DNA of 64,000 nt from Elusimicrobiota bacterium (lineage in GTDB: Bacteria; Elusimicrobiota; Elusimicrobia; UBA1565; UBA9628): contig JAUYSH010000121.1 in NCBI GenBank assembly GCA_030696455.1, positions 10,078-74,077 on the forward strand, written 5' to 3'. The notes beneath the pieces were generated by a model that was not told the origin of the DNA, searched no databases, and saw only the letters and a program-made list of their open reading frames with translations. The position numbers and the translations under genes were made by a program. Shown here piece by piece: positions 51,165 through 59,066 of this stretch (position 1 is its first letter; each line of letters opens with the position of its first letter).

Positions 51165-51596
51165 ATGGATGCCCTGACCTTTCTGCGCGACCGCGTCGCG
51201 CTGTTCGCCGGCGTGGACGAGGAGAACCTGACCGCGTTGGCGCGGGCCTCGGAGTTGCTCTCGTTCCGGCCCGGCCAGACCATCCTCTTCAAGGGCGCGA
51301 CCGTCGACGGCCTGCACGTCGTCGTCTCCGGAGGGGCGGAGGTCTTCGTGAAAGCCTCGTCGAAGACCATGGTCCGCGTCGCCGAGCTCGGCGCGGGCGA
51401 GGTGTTCGGCGAGATGTCCATCGTCGAGATGGGCACGGCGGGGGCGACGATCAAGGCCTCCGCGGCCGGCGCCGAGGTCCTCATGATCCCCCAGGAGTCC
51501 TTCCGGCACGTCCTCCAGCAGGACGAGGGCTTCGCCGTGCGCGTCAACATGATGATCGTCTCGCGCCGCTCCGCTCCCGTCTCCATCCCCGCGTAA
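51165..51596 (+). CDS. Stand-alone cyclic-nucleotide-binding-like domain protein (paralogue B), non-canonical phosphate-binding cassette
   Basis: MDALTFLRDRVALFAGVDEENL.. is clearly paralogous to 50681..51100. The cassette reads GEVFGEMSIVEMGTAGATIKA. A -10-like TATCAT (51153-51158) lies 6 nt before the ATG. Confidence 0.8.
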   Translation: MDALTFLRDRVALFAGVDEENLTALARASELLSFRPGQTILFKGATVDGLHVVVSGGAEVFVKASSKTMVRVAELGAGEVFGEMSIVEMGTAGATIKASAAGAEVLMIPQESFRHVLQQDEGFAVRVNMMIVSRRSAPVSIPA

Positions 51597-52010
51597 GCTG
51601 CTCGCTGAACGCGACCTCGACGTCCCGCGCGCGGAGCCCAGAACAGGGTCCTGCCCGCGAGGGCCCGGCCGACCAGGGCCCCGTCGGTGAACCAGAACAG
51701 CTCGCGCGCGTCGGCGCCGGCGACCCGCTTCAGCGCGGGATCCCGCGGGTCCACCTGGAATTCGGAGGAGGCGAGCGCCGCGGCGAAGGGCGCCGTGACG
51801 AAGCGCCCCTCCAGGTTCTCGAGCCGGACGTGCCCCAGGAAGAAGGCCTTGTCGAAGCGGACCGTGTAGGTCCGGCTCGCGGGCCAATCCTCATCGGGCG
51901 TGAAGACCAGCTGCGAGCCGCTCGACCAGGCACGAGGCCGACCGGAGAGGGCCGCCCGGTCCTTGAAACCAGCGGCGCAGCGCTCCGTTCGTGTCCATTC
52001 GGCGTTCCCC
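51597..52010 (-). pseudogene. Possible gene remnant (open frame without a start codon; tail reminiscent of the PBP1C C-terminal domain)
   Basis: The minus-strand frame opens right after a TAA at about 52012. It reads ..LVFTPDEDWPASRTYTVRFDKAFFLGHVRLENLEGRFVTAPF..RELFWFTDGALVGRALAGRTLFWAPRAG.. There is no ATG/GTG/TTG before 51754 and no in-frame stop before it runs antisense into the CNB gene. Confidence 0.25.
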
Positions 52011-52048
52011 CATCCGGATTACTCCGGGAGGACGCCGGAACTTACTTT

Positions 52049-52091
52049 AAAAAAAGATCCCCGATATTCCACCGGTGGAATATCGGGGATC
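52049..52091 (-). terminator. Intrinsic terminator of ssb
   Basis: Perfect 36-bp palindrome GATCCCCGATATTCCACCGGTGGAATATCGGGGATC (52056-52091), followed on the minus strand by seven U (A-run 52049-52055). It begins 20 nt after the ssb stop. Confidence 0.8.
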
Positions 52092-52111
52092 GCGGACGGC
52101 TCGGGTCCTCG

Positions 52112-52549
52112 TTAAAACGGGACTTCTTCGATCGAGTCGTCGCTCGCGGCGGGCTTGGAGGAGCCGCCCGAGGAGCGGCTCATGCCGGCGCCGCCTTCCC
52201 GCTTCTCGAGGAACTGGAAGTCGTCGACGTAGACGACCATCTTCGACATCTTCTTGCCGTCTTCCTTGCCGGTCCACTCCTCGAGCACGAGGTGGCCTTC
52301 GACGTAGATCTGCTGTCCCTTCTTAAGGGAGGACTCGATGAGATCCGCCGTCTTGCGTCCGGTCTCGCGGTTGAACGCCTTGAGGTCGACCCAGACGGGG
52401 ACGTCCTCCCATTGCCCGGTGTCCTTGTTCTTCTTGCGGTTGTTGACGGCGAAGCCGACGTTGGCGACCTTGCCGCCGTTGCCGAAGGTCTTGATTTCGG
52501 GGTCGCGGGTGAGACGGCCGATCAGCATGACTTTGTTCAGGTTCGCCAT
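52112..52549 (-). CDS. ssb: Single-stranded DNA-binding protein
   Basis: MANLNKVMLIGRLTRDPE.. forms the OB fold. A Gly/Ser-rich linker is followed by the acidic tip ..DDSIEEVPF. SD GGAG lies 6 nt upstream. Confidence 0.93.
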   Translation of the reverse strand: MANLNKVMLIGRLTRDPEIKTFGNGGKVANVGFAVNNRKKNKDTGQWEDVPVWVDLKAFNRETGRKTADLIESSLKKGQQIYVEGHLVLEEWTGKEDGKKMSKMVVYVDDFQFLEKREGGAGMSRSSGGSSKPAASDDSIEEVPF

Positions 52550-52600
52550 CGTGAGCTCCGTTGCGCCTTTGATTAATCCTTCATGAATAGAGTAGCAGAC

Positions 52601-53683
52601 TCAGCGGGCCGGCGCGATTCGTCCCAGGCGCCCGTCGTCGGTGCTGAAGTAGAGCAGGCCGTCCGGCCCCTGGCGCACGTTGCGGAAGCGCCAGCCCCGG
52701 TCGTCGAGCAGGACCTCCTGCTCGCCCGGCGCGTCGCCGTCGAGGGCCACGCGGCGCAGGTGCTCGCCGCTCAGGCAGGCGAGGAAAACCGAGCCGCGCC
52801 ACCCCGGGAAGGCGTCGCCGTCGTAGAAGGCCAGCGCCGAGGGGGAGATGGACGGGACCCAATGAGCTGCCGGGGGCTGCATGCCTTCCTTTAATGGGGC
52901 GCCGATCTTGGGCCCGTGATACTCTCGCCCATGGGTGGCGACCGGCCAGCCGTAATTGGCGCCGCGCGTGACGAGGTTGAGCTCGTCGCCGCCGCGCGGG
53001 CCCATCTCCGCGGACCAGAGCTGCTTGGCGCCGGGTCGGACGGCCAGGCCCTGCGGGTTGCGGTGGCCCCAGCTCCAGATCTCCGGCAGCGCTCCGGGCA
53101 GCTTCGCGCCGTCGGGCTTGCCGTCGTGCGTCAGGCGCAGGATCTTTCCGTGGTGGCTCTTGAGGTCCTGCGCGCGGTCGCGCTGGCCGCGCTCGCCGAC
53201 GCTCATATACAGGTGGGGGCCGTCGAACACTATGCGCGAACCGAAGTGCACCCCGCCTCCGGCGGAGGCGTTCGTCACGAAAAGGGTCTCGAAGCCCTCG
53301 AGCTTGCCGCCCTCGAGGCGCCCTCGTCCGAGGGCCGTCACGGCGCCGCGCTCGCCCGGATGGGACCAGGTCAGGTAGATCCAGCGGTTCTTGGCGAAGC
53401 CGGGGTGGGCGCGCACGTCGAGCAGGCCGCCCTGGCCGCTGGCCCAGACCGCGGGCGCGCCGCCGACCTCGGCGGCCTTGCCGGTCTTGGGATCGTAGAC
53501 TCCCAGGCGTCCTCTCCGCTCGGTGAAGATGATCCTGCCGTCGGCGAGAAAGTCGAAGCCCCAGACGACATCGGAGCGGCGGATCAAGGTCTGGACGTCG
53601 AGGCCGGGCGCCGGCGCGGCGGCGGCCGGGCTCGAGGCGGCGAGGGCGGCGGCGAACGCGAGGGAGAGGCGATAGTATGACAT
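52601..53683 (-). CDS. Secreted PQQ-dependent sugar dehydrogenase (soluble aldose/sorbosone dehydrogenase, YliI-like beta-propeller)
   Basis: A signal peptide is followed by ..PWGFDFL.DGR...TER.G.L.., ..GGLLDV..HP.F..N.W.YL.., ..HFGSRIVF..DG.LY...GERG....AQD..S..GKILRL..DG..P.. and ..WS.GHRNPQGLA.. Confidence 0.85.
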   Translation of the reverse strand: MSYYRLSLAFAAALAASSPAAAAPAPGLDVQTLIRRSDVVWGFDFLADGRIIFTERRGRLGVYDPKTGKAAEVGGAPAVWASGQGGLLDVRAHPGFAKNRWIYLTWSHPGERGAVTALGRGRLEGGKLEGFETLFVTNASAGGGVHFGSRIVFDGPHLYMSVGERGQRDRAQDLKSHHGKILRLTHDGKPDGAKLPGALPEIWSWGHRNPQGLAVRPGAKQLWSAEMGPRGGDELNLVTRGANYGWPVATHGREYHGPKIGAPLKEGMQPPAAHWVPSISPSALAFYDGDAFPGWRGSVFLACLSGEHLRRVALDGDAPGEQEVLLDDRGWRFRNVRQGPDGLLYFSTDDGRLGRIAPAR

Positions 53684-53692
53684 GGAGTCGTA

Positions 53693-56350
53693 ATGTTATC
53701 ATTGTTGCGTGAAAAGCGAATCATGCGGCTGAGGGCGAAGGCGGCGCTGGCTTTTCTGCCGATGGCGGCCGTGTTCGTGCTCGTCGTCACCGTGGCCTCT
53801 CGCCGGGGCATCGAAGGGATCGTCCTCGAGGAGGCGGTCAGCCGCGTCCAGCCTCACGCGGTCGAGCTGGCTTCGGGGCTGGCTCCGCTGTTCGGGCGGC
53901 GCGAGTCGGATATCCTGCCGCATCTGCAGGCGGTGCAGGCGCAGACGGGAGCCGACCACGTCGCGCTGTATGACGCCTCGGGGCGGGCGGTCGCGCACAC
54001 CAACGTCCTGGAGACCGGCAAGCATGCGCCGGGCTCCCGCCACGAGATCGCGACGGCTCCTTCGTGGGAGCGTCTCGATTTCGGCGGCAAGCAGCTGCTC
54101 GTCCTGTCCGTTCCCGTCATGGAGCCGGCGGCGGATTTCCTGCTCTCCTCCCCGTCGGGGAAGCGGCGCCTGGGCGAGCTGCACGTCGCCCTGCCGCTCG
54201 AGCGTTCGCTCGGGTCGGCGCGCCGCATCGCGGACTTCGTCGCCGCGCTCGTCGCGGTCTTCTGCCTGATCGCGCTGGCGGTGACCATGGGCCTGCTGCA
54301 GTGGCTGCTGGGGCCGGTGCGCCAGCTCTCGGCGGCGACCGCCCGCATCATGGCCGGCGACTACGGCAGCAAGGTCCCCGTCGTGACGAAGGACGAGGTC
54401 GGCGACCTGGCCGATTCCTTCAACCGGATGAGCGACACCCTCTCGCGCACGACCGTCTCGCGCGACGAACTCGCCAAGGCTCTCGTCATCGCCCGGGGGA
54501 CCGTCGAGGCCGCCTCCGAGGGCATCCTGGTCTACGACCTGGCGCAGGCGACTTTGACCTACAACCAGCGCTTCCTCGAGATGTGGGACATATCCCCCGA
54601 CCTCGCCGCTCGCGGCCGCGCGGCCATGATGGAGCGGGTCCGGCAAAGCGTCGAGGACCCGGAGGAGTTCCAGCGCCGCGCGGACGAAGCCATCAGCGAT
54701 TCCTCTCAGGACCACGTCGACGAGCTCCGCCTCAAGAACGGCCGCGTTTACCGGAGGACGGTGCGGGCCCTGCGCGTCGAGGGCGTCGTGTTCGGCCGGG
54801 TGCTCACCTTTCAGGACATGACGATGCTCAAAGAGAGCGCCCAGGCCCTGGAGCGGGCGCGCGACGCGGCCGTGCAGACCGCCCGTCTGAAATCCGAGTT
54901 CCTGGCGAACATGAGCCACGAGCTGCGCACTCCGCTGAACGCGCTCGTCGGCTCCGCCGAGCTGCTGCGCGCCGGCGCGCTCGAACCCGCGCAGCGGGTG
55001 CTGGTGGAGGGCATCGACAAGGCCGCGGCCGCGCTGCTGGGCCTGGTCAACGGCGTGCTCGATTTCTCCAAGATGGAAGCGGGGCGCATGACCGCGGAGA
55101 GCATCCCTTTCCGCCTGGGCGACGTCCTCGAGGATTCACTGTCGATCGCTCAGCCGCGCGCGGCCGAGAAGGGCCTCGACCTGGTCTGCGACTCCGGCGA
55201 CGCGTGCCGCGAGGTGCTCGTCGGGGATCCGACCCGCCTGCGCCAGATCCTGCTGAACCTGCTCGACAACGCGGTGAAGTTCACGCCGGAAGGCCAGGTG
55301 CGCCTGTGCTGCGCGCTCACGCCGGGCGGCGGTCAGGCCGTGACCTTGGAGCTGTCCGTGCGGGACAGCGGCATCGGAATCGATCCGGCGGTCCTGCCCG
55401 CGGTCTTCGGCGCCTTCACGCAGGCCGACAGCTCGACGACGCGCCGCTACGGCGGCACGGGGCTCGGCCTCTCCATCTCCAAGGGCCTCGTCGAGCTTCT
55501 CGGCGGGACGATCGGCGCCGACAGCGAGCCCGGCAAGGGCTCGACCTTCTGGGTCCGCCTGCCGTTCGAGCGGGCGGTGCTGGCTCCCGGCGAGGCCGTG
55601 CCCGGCGACCGCCGGCAGCCGCGCTCCTCGCCGGAGCATCGCCGCGACCGTCAGCGCGTGCTGATCGTCGAGGACAACGCGATCAACCGGCGACTTCTGC
55701 TGATGCAGATCGAGAAGCTGGGCCGGCAGGCCGACGTCGCCGCCGACGGCGAGGCCGCCGTCGAGGCGGCCGCCCGCGGCGATTACGGCCTGATCCTGAT
55801 GGACTGCCAGATGCCGGGCATCGACGGCTACGAGGCCACGCGCCTGCTGCGCGAGGCGGAAGGCGAGAAGCGGAGGGTGCCGGTCGTGGCGCTGACCGCC
55901 AATGCCGGCGAGACCGATCGCGCGCGCTGCCTCGCCGCGGGCATGGACGAGTATCTGGCCAAGCCGGCGACGCTCGACGACCTGTCCCGCGTCCTGGACC
56001 GTTGGGACCTGCCCTTCGACGCCGCCGCGGTGAAGGCCTACGCCGCGCTGGCCGCTCCGGACGAGGCGGCCTTCCGCGGGCTCGTCGACGATTTCATCGC
56101 GGATTCGGCCCTGCGCCTCGGGCGCGCGCGCGCGGACCTGCGCGCCGGCGATCGTTCCGGGATGGCCGCGGAGGTGCACGCGGTCAAGGGCGCGGCCGCG
56201 GCCCTGGGCGCGCGCGGCCTGCGCGAGCTGTGCCGGCGCGTCGAAGCCGCGGAGAAGGAGGGGCTCCTCGAGGAGGCGGCGCAGCTGCTCGCCCAGGCCG
56301 ACGAGGAGCTCGCGCGCGTGCGCGATGCCGGGAACGCTTTGCATGTTTAG
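53693..56350 (+). CDS. Hybrid sensor histidine kinase: 2 TM plus periplasmic region, HAMP, PAS, HisKA, HATPase_c, REC, Hpt
   Basis: HAMP region ..MAGDYGSKVPVVTKDEVGDLADSFNRM... H-box FLANMSHELRTPLNAL. N and G boxes ..LLNLLDNAVKFT.., ..DSGIGI.., ..GGTGLGLSISK... REC region VLIVEDNAINR..LILMDCQMPGIDG... Hpt region ..HAVKGAAAALGA... An alternative start ATG lies at 53723. Confidence 0.9.
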   Translation: MLSLLREKRIMRLRAKAALAFLPMAAVFVLVVTVASRRGIEGIVLEEAVSRVQPHAVELASGLAPLFGRRESDILPHLQAVQAQTGADHVALYDASGRAVAHTNVLETGKHAPGSRHEIATAPSWERLDFGGKQLLVLSVPVMEPAADFLLSSPSGKRRLGELHVALPLERSLGSARRIADFVAALVAVFCLIALAVTMGLLQWLLGPVRQLSAATARIMAGDYGSKVPVVTKDEVGDLADSFNRMSDTLSRTTVSRDELAKALVIARGTVEAASEGILVYDLAQATLTYNQRFLEMWDISPDLAARGRAAMMERVRQSVEDPEEFQRRADEAISDSSQDHVDELRLKNGRVYRRTVRALRVEGVVFGRVLTFQDMTMLKESAQALERARDAAVQTARLKSEFLANMSHELRTPLNALVGSAELLRAGALEPAQRVLVEGIDKAAAALLGLVNGVLDFSKMEAGRMTAESIPFRLGDVLEDSLSIAQPRAAEKGLDLVCDSGDACREVLVGDPTRLRQILLNLLDNAVKFTPEGQVRLCCALTPGGGQAVTLELSVRDSGIGIDPAVLPAVFGAFTQADSSTTRRYGGTGLGLSISKGLVELLGGTIGADSEPGKGSTFWVRLPFERAVLAPGEAVPGDRRQPRSSPEHRRDRQRVLIVEDNAINRRLLLMQIEKLGRQADVAADGEAAVEAAARGDYGLILMDCQMPGIDGYEATRLLREAEGEKRRVPVVALTANAGETDRARCLAAGMDEYLAKPATLDDLSRVLDRWDLPFDAAAVKAYAALAAPDEAAFRGLVDDFIADSALRLGRARADLRAGDRSGMAAEVHAVKGAAAALGARGLRELCRRVEAAEKEGLLEEAAQLLAQADEELARVRDAGNALHV

Positions 56351-58253
56351 GCTCGCGGCCCTCCTGGCCCTCTCGGCCGCCCCGGCGTCGGCGCAGACCA
56401 AGCCGACGGACGAAGCCTTCCGCTTCTTCGCCGAGGAAGGCCGCGCGTCTACGCCGCTCAAGCGCGTCGCGCCCACGCAGGGCTCTCCGGTGCCCGTCGA
56501 TGTGGTCACTGCCGAGGAGATCGCCGCCTCGGGCGCGGTCAACCTGTGGGACCTGCTGCGCTTTCGCGTCGGCCTCGACGTGGTCGAGGGCCGCTCGAGC
56601 GCGGGCAGCAACCGGACCGTGGTGTCGGTGCGAGGCATTCCCCGGGACGGAATCCACGAGCTGCTCGTTCTGCTCGACGGGCGCAGCGTCTACGATCCCC
56701 TCGGCGGCACGATCTTGTGGGAGCGCATTCCGGTCCAAATCCAAGATATCGAGCGCATCGAGATCGCGCGCGGCCCCAACGCCGCCCTGTACGGCTCCAA
56801 CGCGGGCCTCGGCGTCATCAACATCATCACGCGCGTTCCCGCGGCTCCAGCCGCGGGCCAGGCGACGGTCAAGGGCGGCACCCAGCGCCTGGGCGAATTG
56901 TCCGCCGCCGGCGAGGCGGCCGGCGAGCGCGGCGGCCTGCGCCTGAGCGCCACGTCGCGCGACCAGGGCGGCGCGCCGACCGCGGCCGATCCCGTCGTCG
57001 AGGGCCACGACTTCCTTCAAAAGCACACGGGCAACGTCCGCGGCTGGACGCCCGTCGCCGGCGGCCGTCTCGAGCTCCTGGCGGGGATGTCCCAGCTCAG
57101 GCACGGAAAGACGATCACCAACCACCCGCAGCAGCAGGACCTGTCGCATTTCCAGACCTTGAGTCTCAACGCCCCGACCGGGGACGACTCGAGCGTCGAG
57201 CTGCGCGTGTCGCGCAACGAGTCCCTCGCCCGCGAGTTCGCCGCCAGGACCGGCCTCGACACGAGCACTCGCTTCTGGCAGTACGACACCGAGGGCTTCC
57301 ATACCGTCGCGTGGGGCGGCGGGCGCCTGCACACCACCTACGGCGCGGGCTGGCGCTACGCGGCCTCGCGGTCGAGCTACCTCTACGGCGCGACCCCGAT
57401 GCAGGCCAACCGCACCGTGCGCGGCTTCCTGCACCAGTCGATCCAGGTCCTGCCGACCGTCAGCGTCATGGGCGGCATGAACCACGAGACGGCCACCGCC
57501 GGGGGCTACCACAAGGATTTCCAGGGCGCCGTGCTCTGGGGCCCCGTCGAGGAGCACTCCTTCCGGGCCGCGTACGCTCGCGCGAACACCAAGCCCCAGA
57601 TCCTTCATCGCTACGCCGATTTCTTCGCCAACAGCGGAGCCGTGCACATCGCGGGCAACCGGAATCTCACGCCCTCGCCGCTGACGAACTACGAGCTCGG
57701 CTGGCGCGGATTGCTCCTGGAGCGGGCCTTGACTTTGGAGCTGACCGGCTTCTACACCGAGATTCGCGACCACATCAACCTCGACGCGGCGAACGGACCT
57801 GGTTTTTTCCGCAACTACACCTACGACAACACCAACACGGTGATCCTGCGCGGCCTCGAGGCCGCCGTGCGCTGGCGCGTCGGCCCGGGCCGGTCGCTTT
57901 ATTCCAACTACACGCAGGAGACGGTCGCCGACCAGGACGCCCACGACGTCTACGTCAAGACCACGCCCCGCCACAAGGTCAACCTCGGCTTCGACTGGGC
58001 GCTTCCGTTGAACCTGCGGGCCTCGATGAACGCGGGCTGGAAGGACGCGTACCTGGCGGACTCGACCTCGGGCCCCGCGCAGAACCACGTGCACGCCTTT
58101 TGGCGCGTGGACGCGCGCCTGGGATGGTCGCCGTCCTCCTGGCTCGAGCTGTTCATGGCGGGGCAGAACCTCGAGCGGCCCTACCGCCGCGAGTACGTCG
58201 ACGGGCTGCTCGTCCCGCGGCGCATCCAGGGCGGCGCCACGGTGAGGTTCTGA
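56343..58253 (+). CDS. TonB-dependent outer-membrane receptor-like protein
   Basis: Signal peptide MFRLAALLALSAAPASAQ. Plug motifs are ..PVDVVTAEEI...GA.NLWDLLR...G.DV.. and ..SVRG......LVLLDGRSVYDP... The beta-barrel body ends in ..GGATVRF (C-terminal Phe). Overlaps the kinase stop by 8 nt. Confidence 0.85.
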   Translation: MFRLAALLALSAAPASAQTKPTDEAFRFFAEEGRASTPLKRVAPTQGSPVPVDVVTAEEIAASGAVNLWDLLRFRVGLDVVEGRSSAGSNRTVVSVRGIPRDGIHELLVLLDGRSVYDPLGGTILWERIPVQIQDIERIEIARGPNAALYGSNAGLGVINIITRVPAAPAAGQATVKGGTQRLGELSAAGEAAGERGGLRLSATSRDQGGAPTAADPVVEGHDFLQKHTGNVRGWTPVAGGRLELLAGMSQLRHGKTITNHPQQQDLSHFQTLSLNAPTGDDSSVELRVSRNESLAREFAARTGLDTSTRFWQYDTEGFHTVAWGGGRLHTTYGAGWRYAASRSSYLYGATPMQANRTVRGFLHQSIQVLPTVSVMGGMNHETATAGGYHKDFQGAVLWGPVEEHSFRAAYARANTKPQILHRYADFFANSGAVHIAGNRNLTPSPLTNYELGWRGLLLERALTLELTGFYTEIRDHINLDAANGPGFFRNYTYDNTNTVILRGLEAAVRWRVGPGRSLYSNYTQETVADQDAHDVYVKTTPRHKVNLGFDWALPLNLRASMNAGWKDAYLADSTSGPAQNHVHAFWRVDARLGWSPSSWLELFMAGQNLERPYRREYVDGLLVPRRIQGGATVRF

Positions 58254-59062
58254 TGCGCGCGGCACTCCTCGCCCTCCTGCTCCTCTCGCCCTCCGCGGCC
58301 TTCGCCGCGAAGGCGCTGGTCGTGCTGAGCGAGCCGCTTTCCCCGTCCTTCCGGGAGGCCTACGACGGGTTCCTCGCCGAGTGGGGGGAGCCCGTCGACA
58401 CCGCGCGCGCCGATATGCCGCTGCCGGAAGGTCCGCACGAGGTGGTTCTGGCTCTCGGCGGGCGCGCCGCGGCGCGTGCGCGCGCCCAAGAGAGGCCGCT
58501 GGTCGTGGCCTTGGCGCCCGCCTACCGGGGCGTAGGCCGGGACGCGCCGACGGTCCGCGTCGCGATGACGCCCTCGCCGGAGCGGTTCATCGCCGCGCTG
58601 GCGGCGGCGGGCGTCAAGCGCCTCCTCGCGGTGCGCGCGGCGCCGGCGGAGCCGGAGTTCCTGCGGCGCGCGGAGGCGGCCGCGCAAGAGGCCGGCGTCG
58701 CGATCGACGACCGGATAGTGACGGGGCCCGAGGCCATGCCCCGGCTCCTGCGCCGGGACGGGGTGCTCGCCGACGGGATCTGGCTGGCGCCGGATCCCGC
58801 GTCGGTGACGCCGGAGACGTTCGGCGCGGCGCGGGAGTTCTCTCGCGCGCGGGCGGTGCCGTTTTTCGCGCCCGCGGCGGGGCTCGTCGCCGGCGAAGTG
58901 CGCGGGGACCTGACGGTCTCCTTCGCCGAGTGCGGACGCGAGGCGGCGCGCGCGGCCCGGGAGCTGCTGGCGGGGCGCGATACGGCGAAGGTCGTGTATC
59001 CGGGCTCTCTCCCCGCGGCCTTGGCGGCCCCGCCGTCGACCGCCCCCGCCTCGACGAAGTAG
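58253..59062 (+). CDS. Periplasmic protein resembling ABC-transporter substrate-binding (ABC_sub_bind-type) proteins
   Basis: The ATG at 58253 overlaps the upstream TGA (TGATG). Signal peptide MRAALLALLLLSPSAAFA. An alternating beta-alpha pattern is present (..ALVVLSE.., ..VVLALGG.., ..LLAVRAA.., ..DGIWLAPD..). The family call is tentative. Confidence 0.6.
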   Translation: MRAALLALLLLSPSAAFAAKALVVLSEPLSPSFREAYDGFLAEWGEPVDTARADMPLPEGPHEVVLALGGRAAARARAQERPLVVALAPAYRGVGRDAPTVRVAMTPSPERFIAALAAAGVKRLLAVRAAPAEPEFLRRAEAAAQEAGVAIDDRIVTGPEAMPRLLRRDGVLADGIWLAPDPASVTPETFGAAREFSRARAVPFFAPAAGLVAGEVRGDLTVSFAECGREAARAARELLAGRDTAKVVYPGSLPAALAAPPSTAPASTK

Positions 59063-59066
59063 GCCC

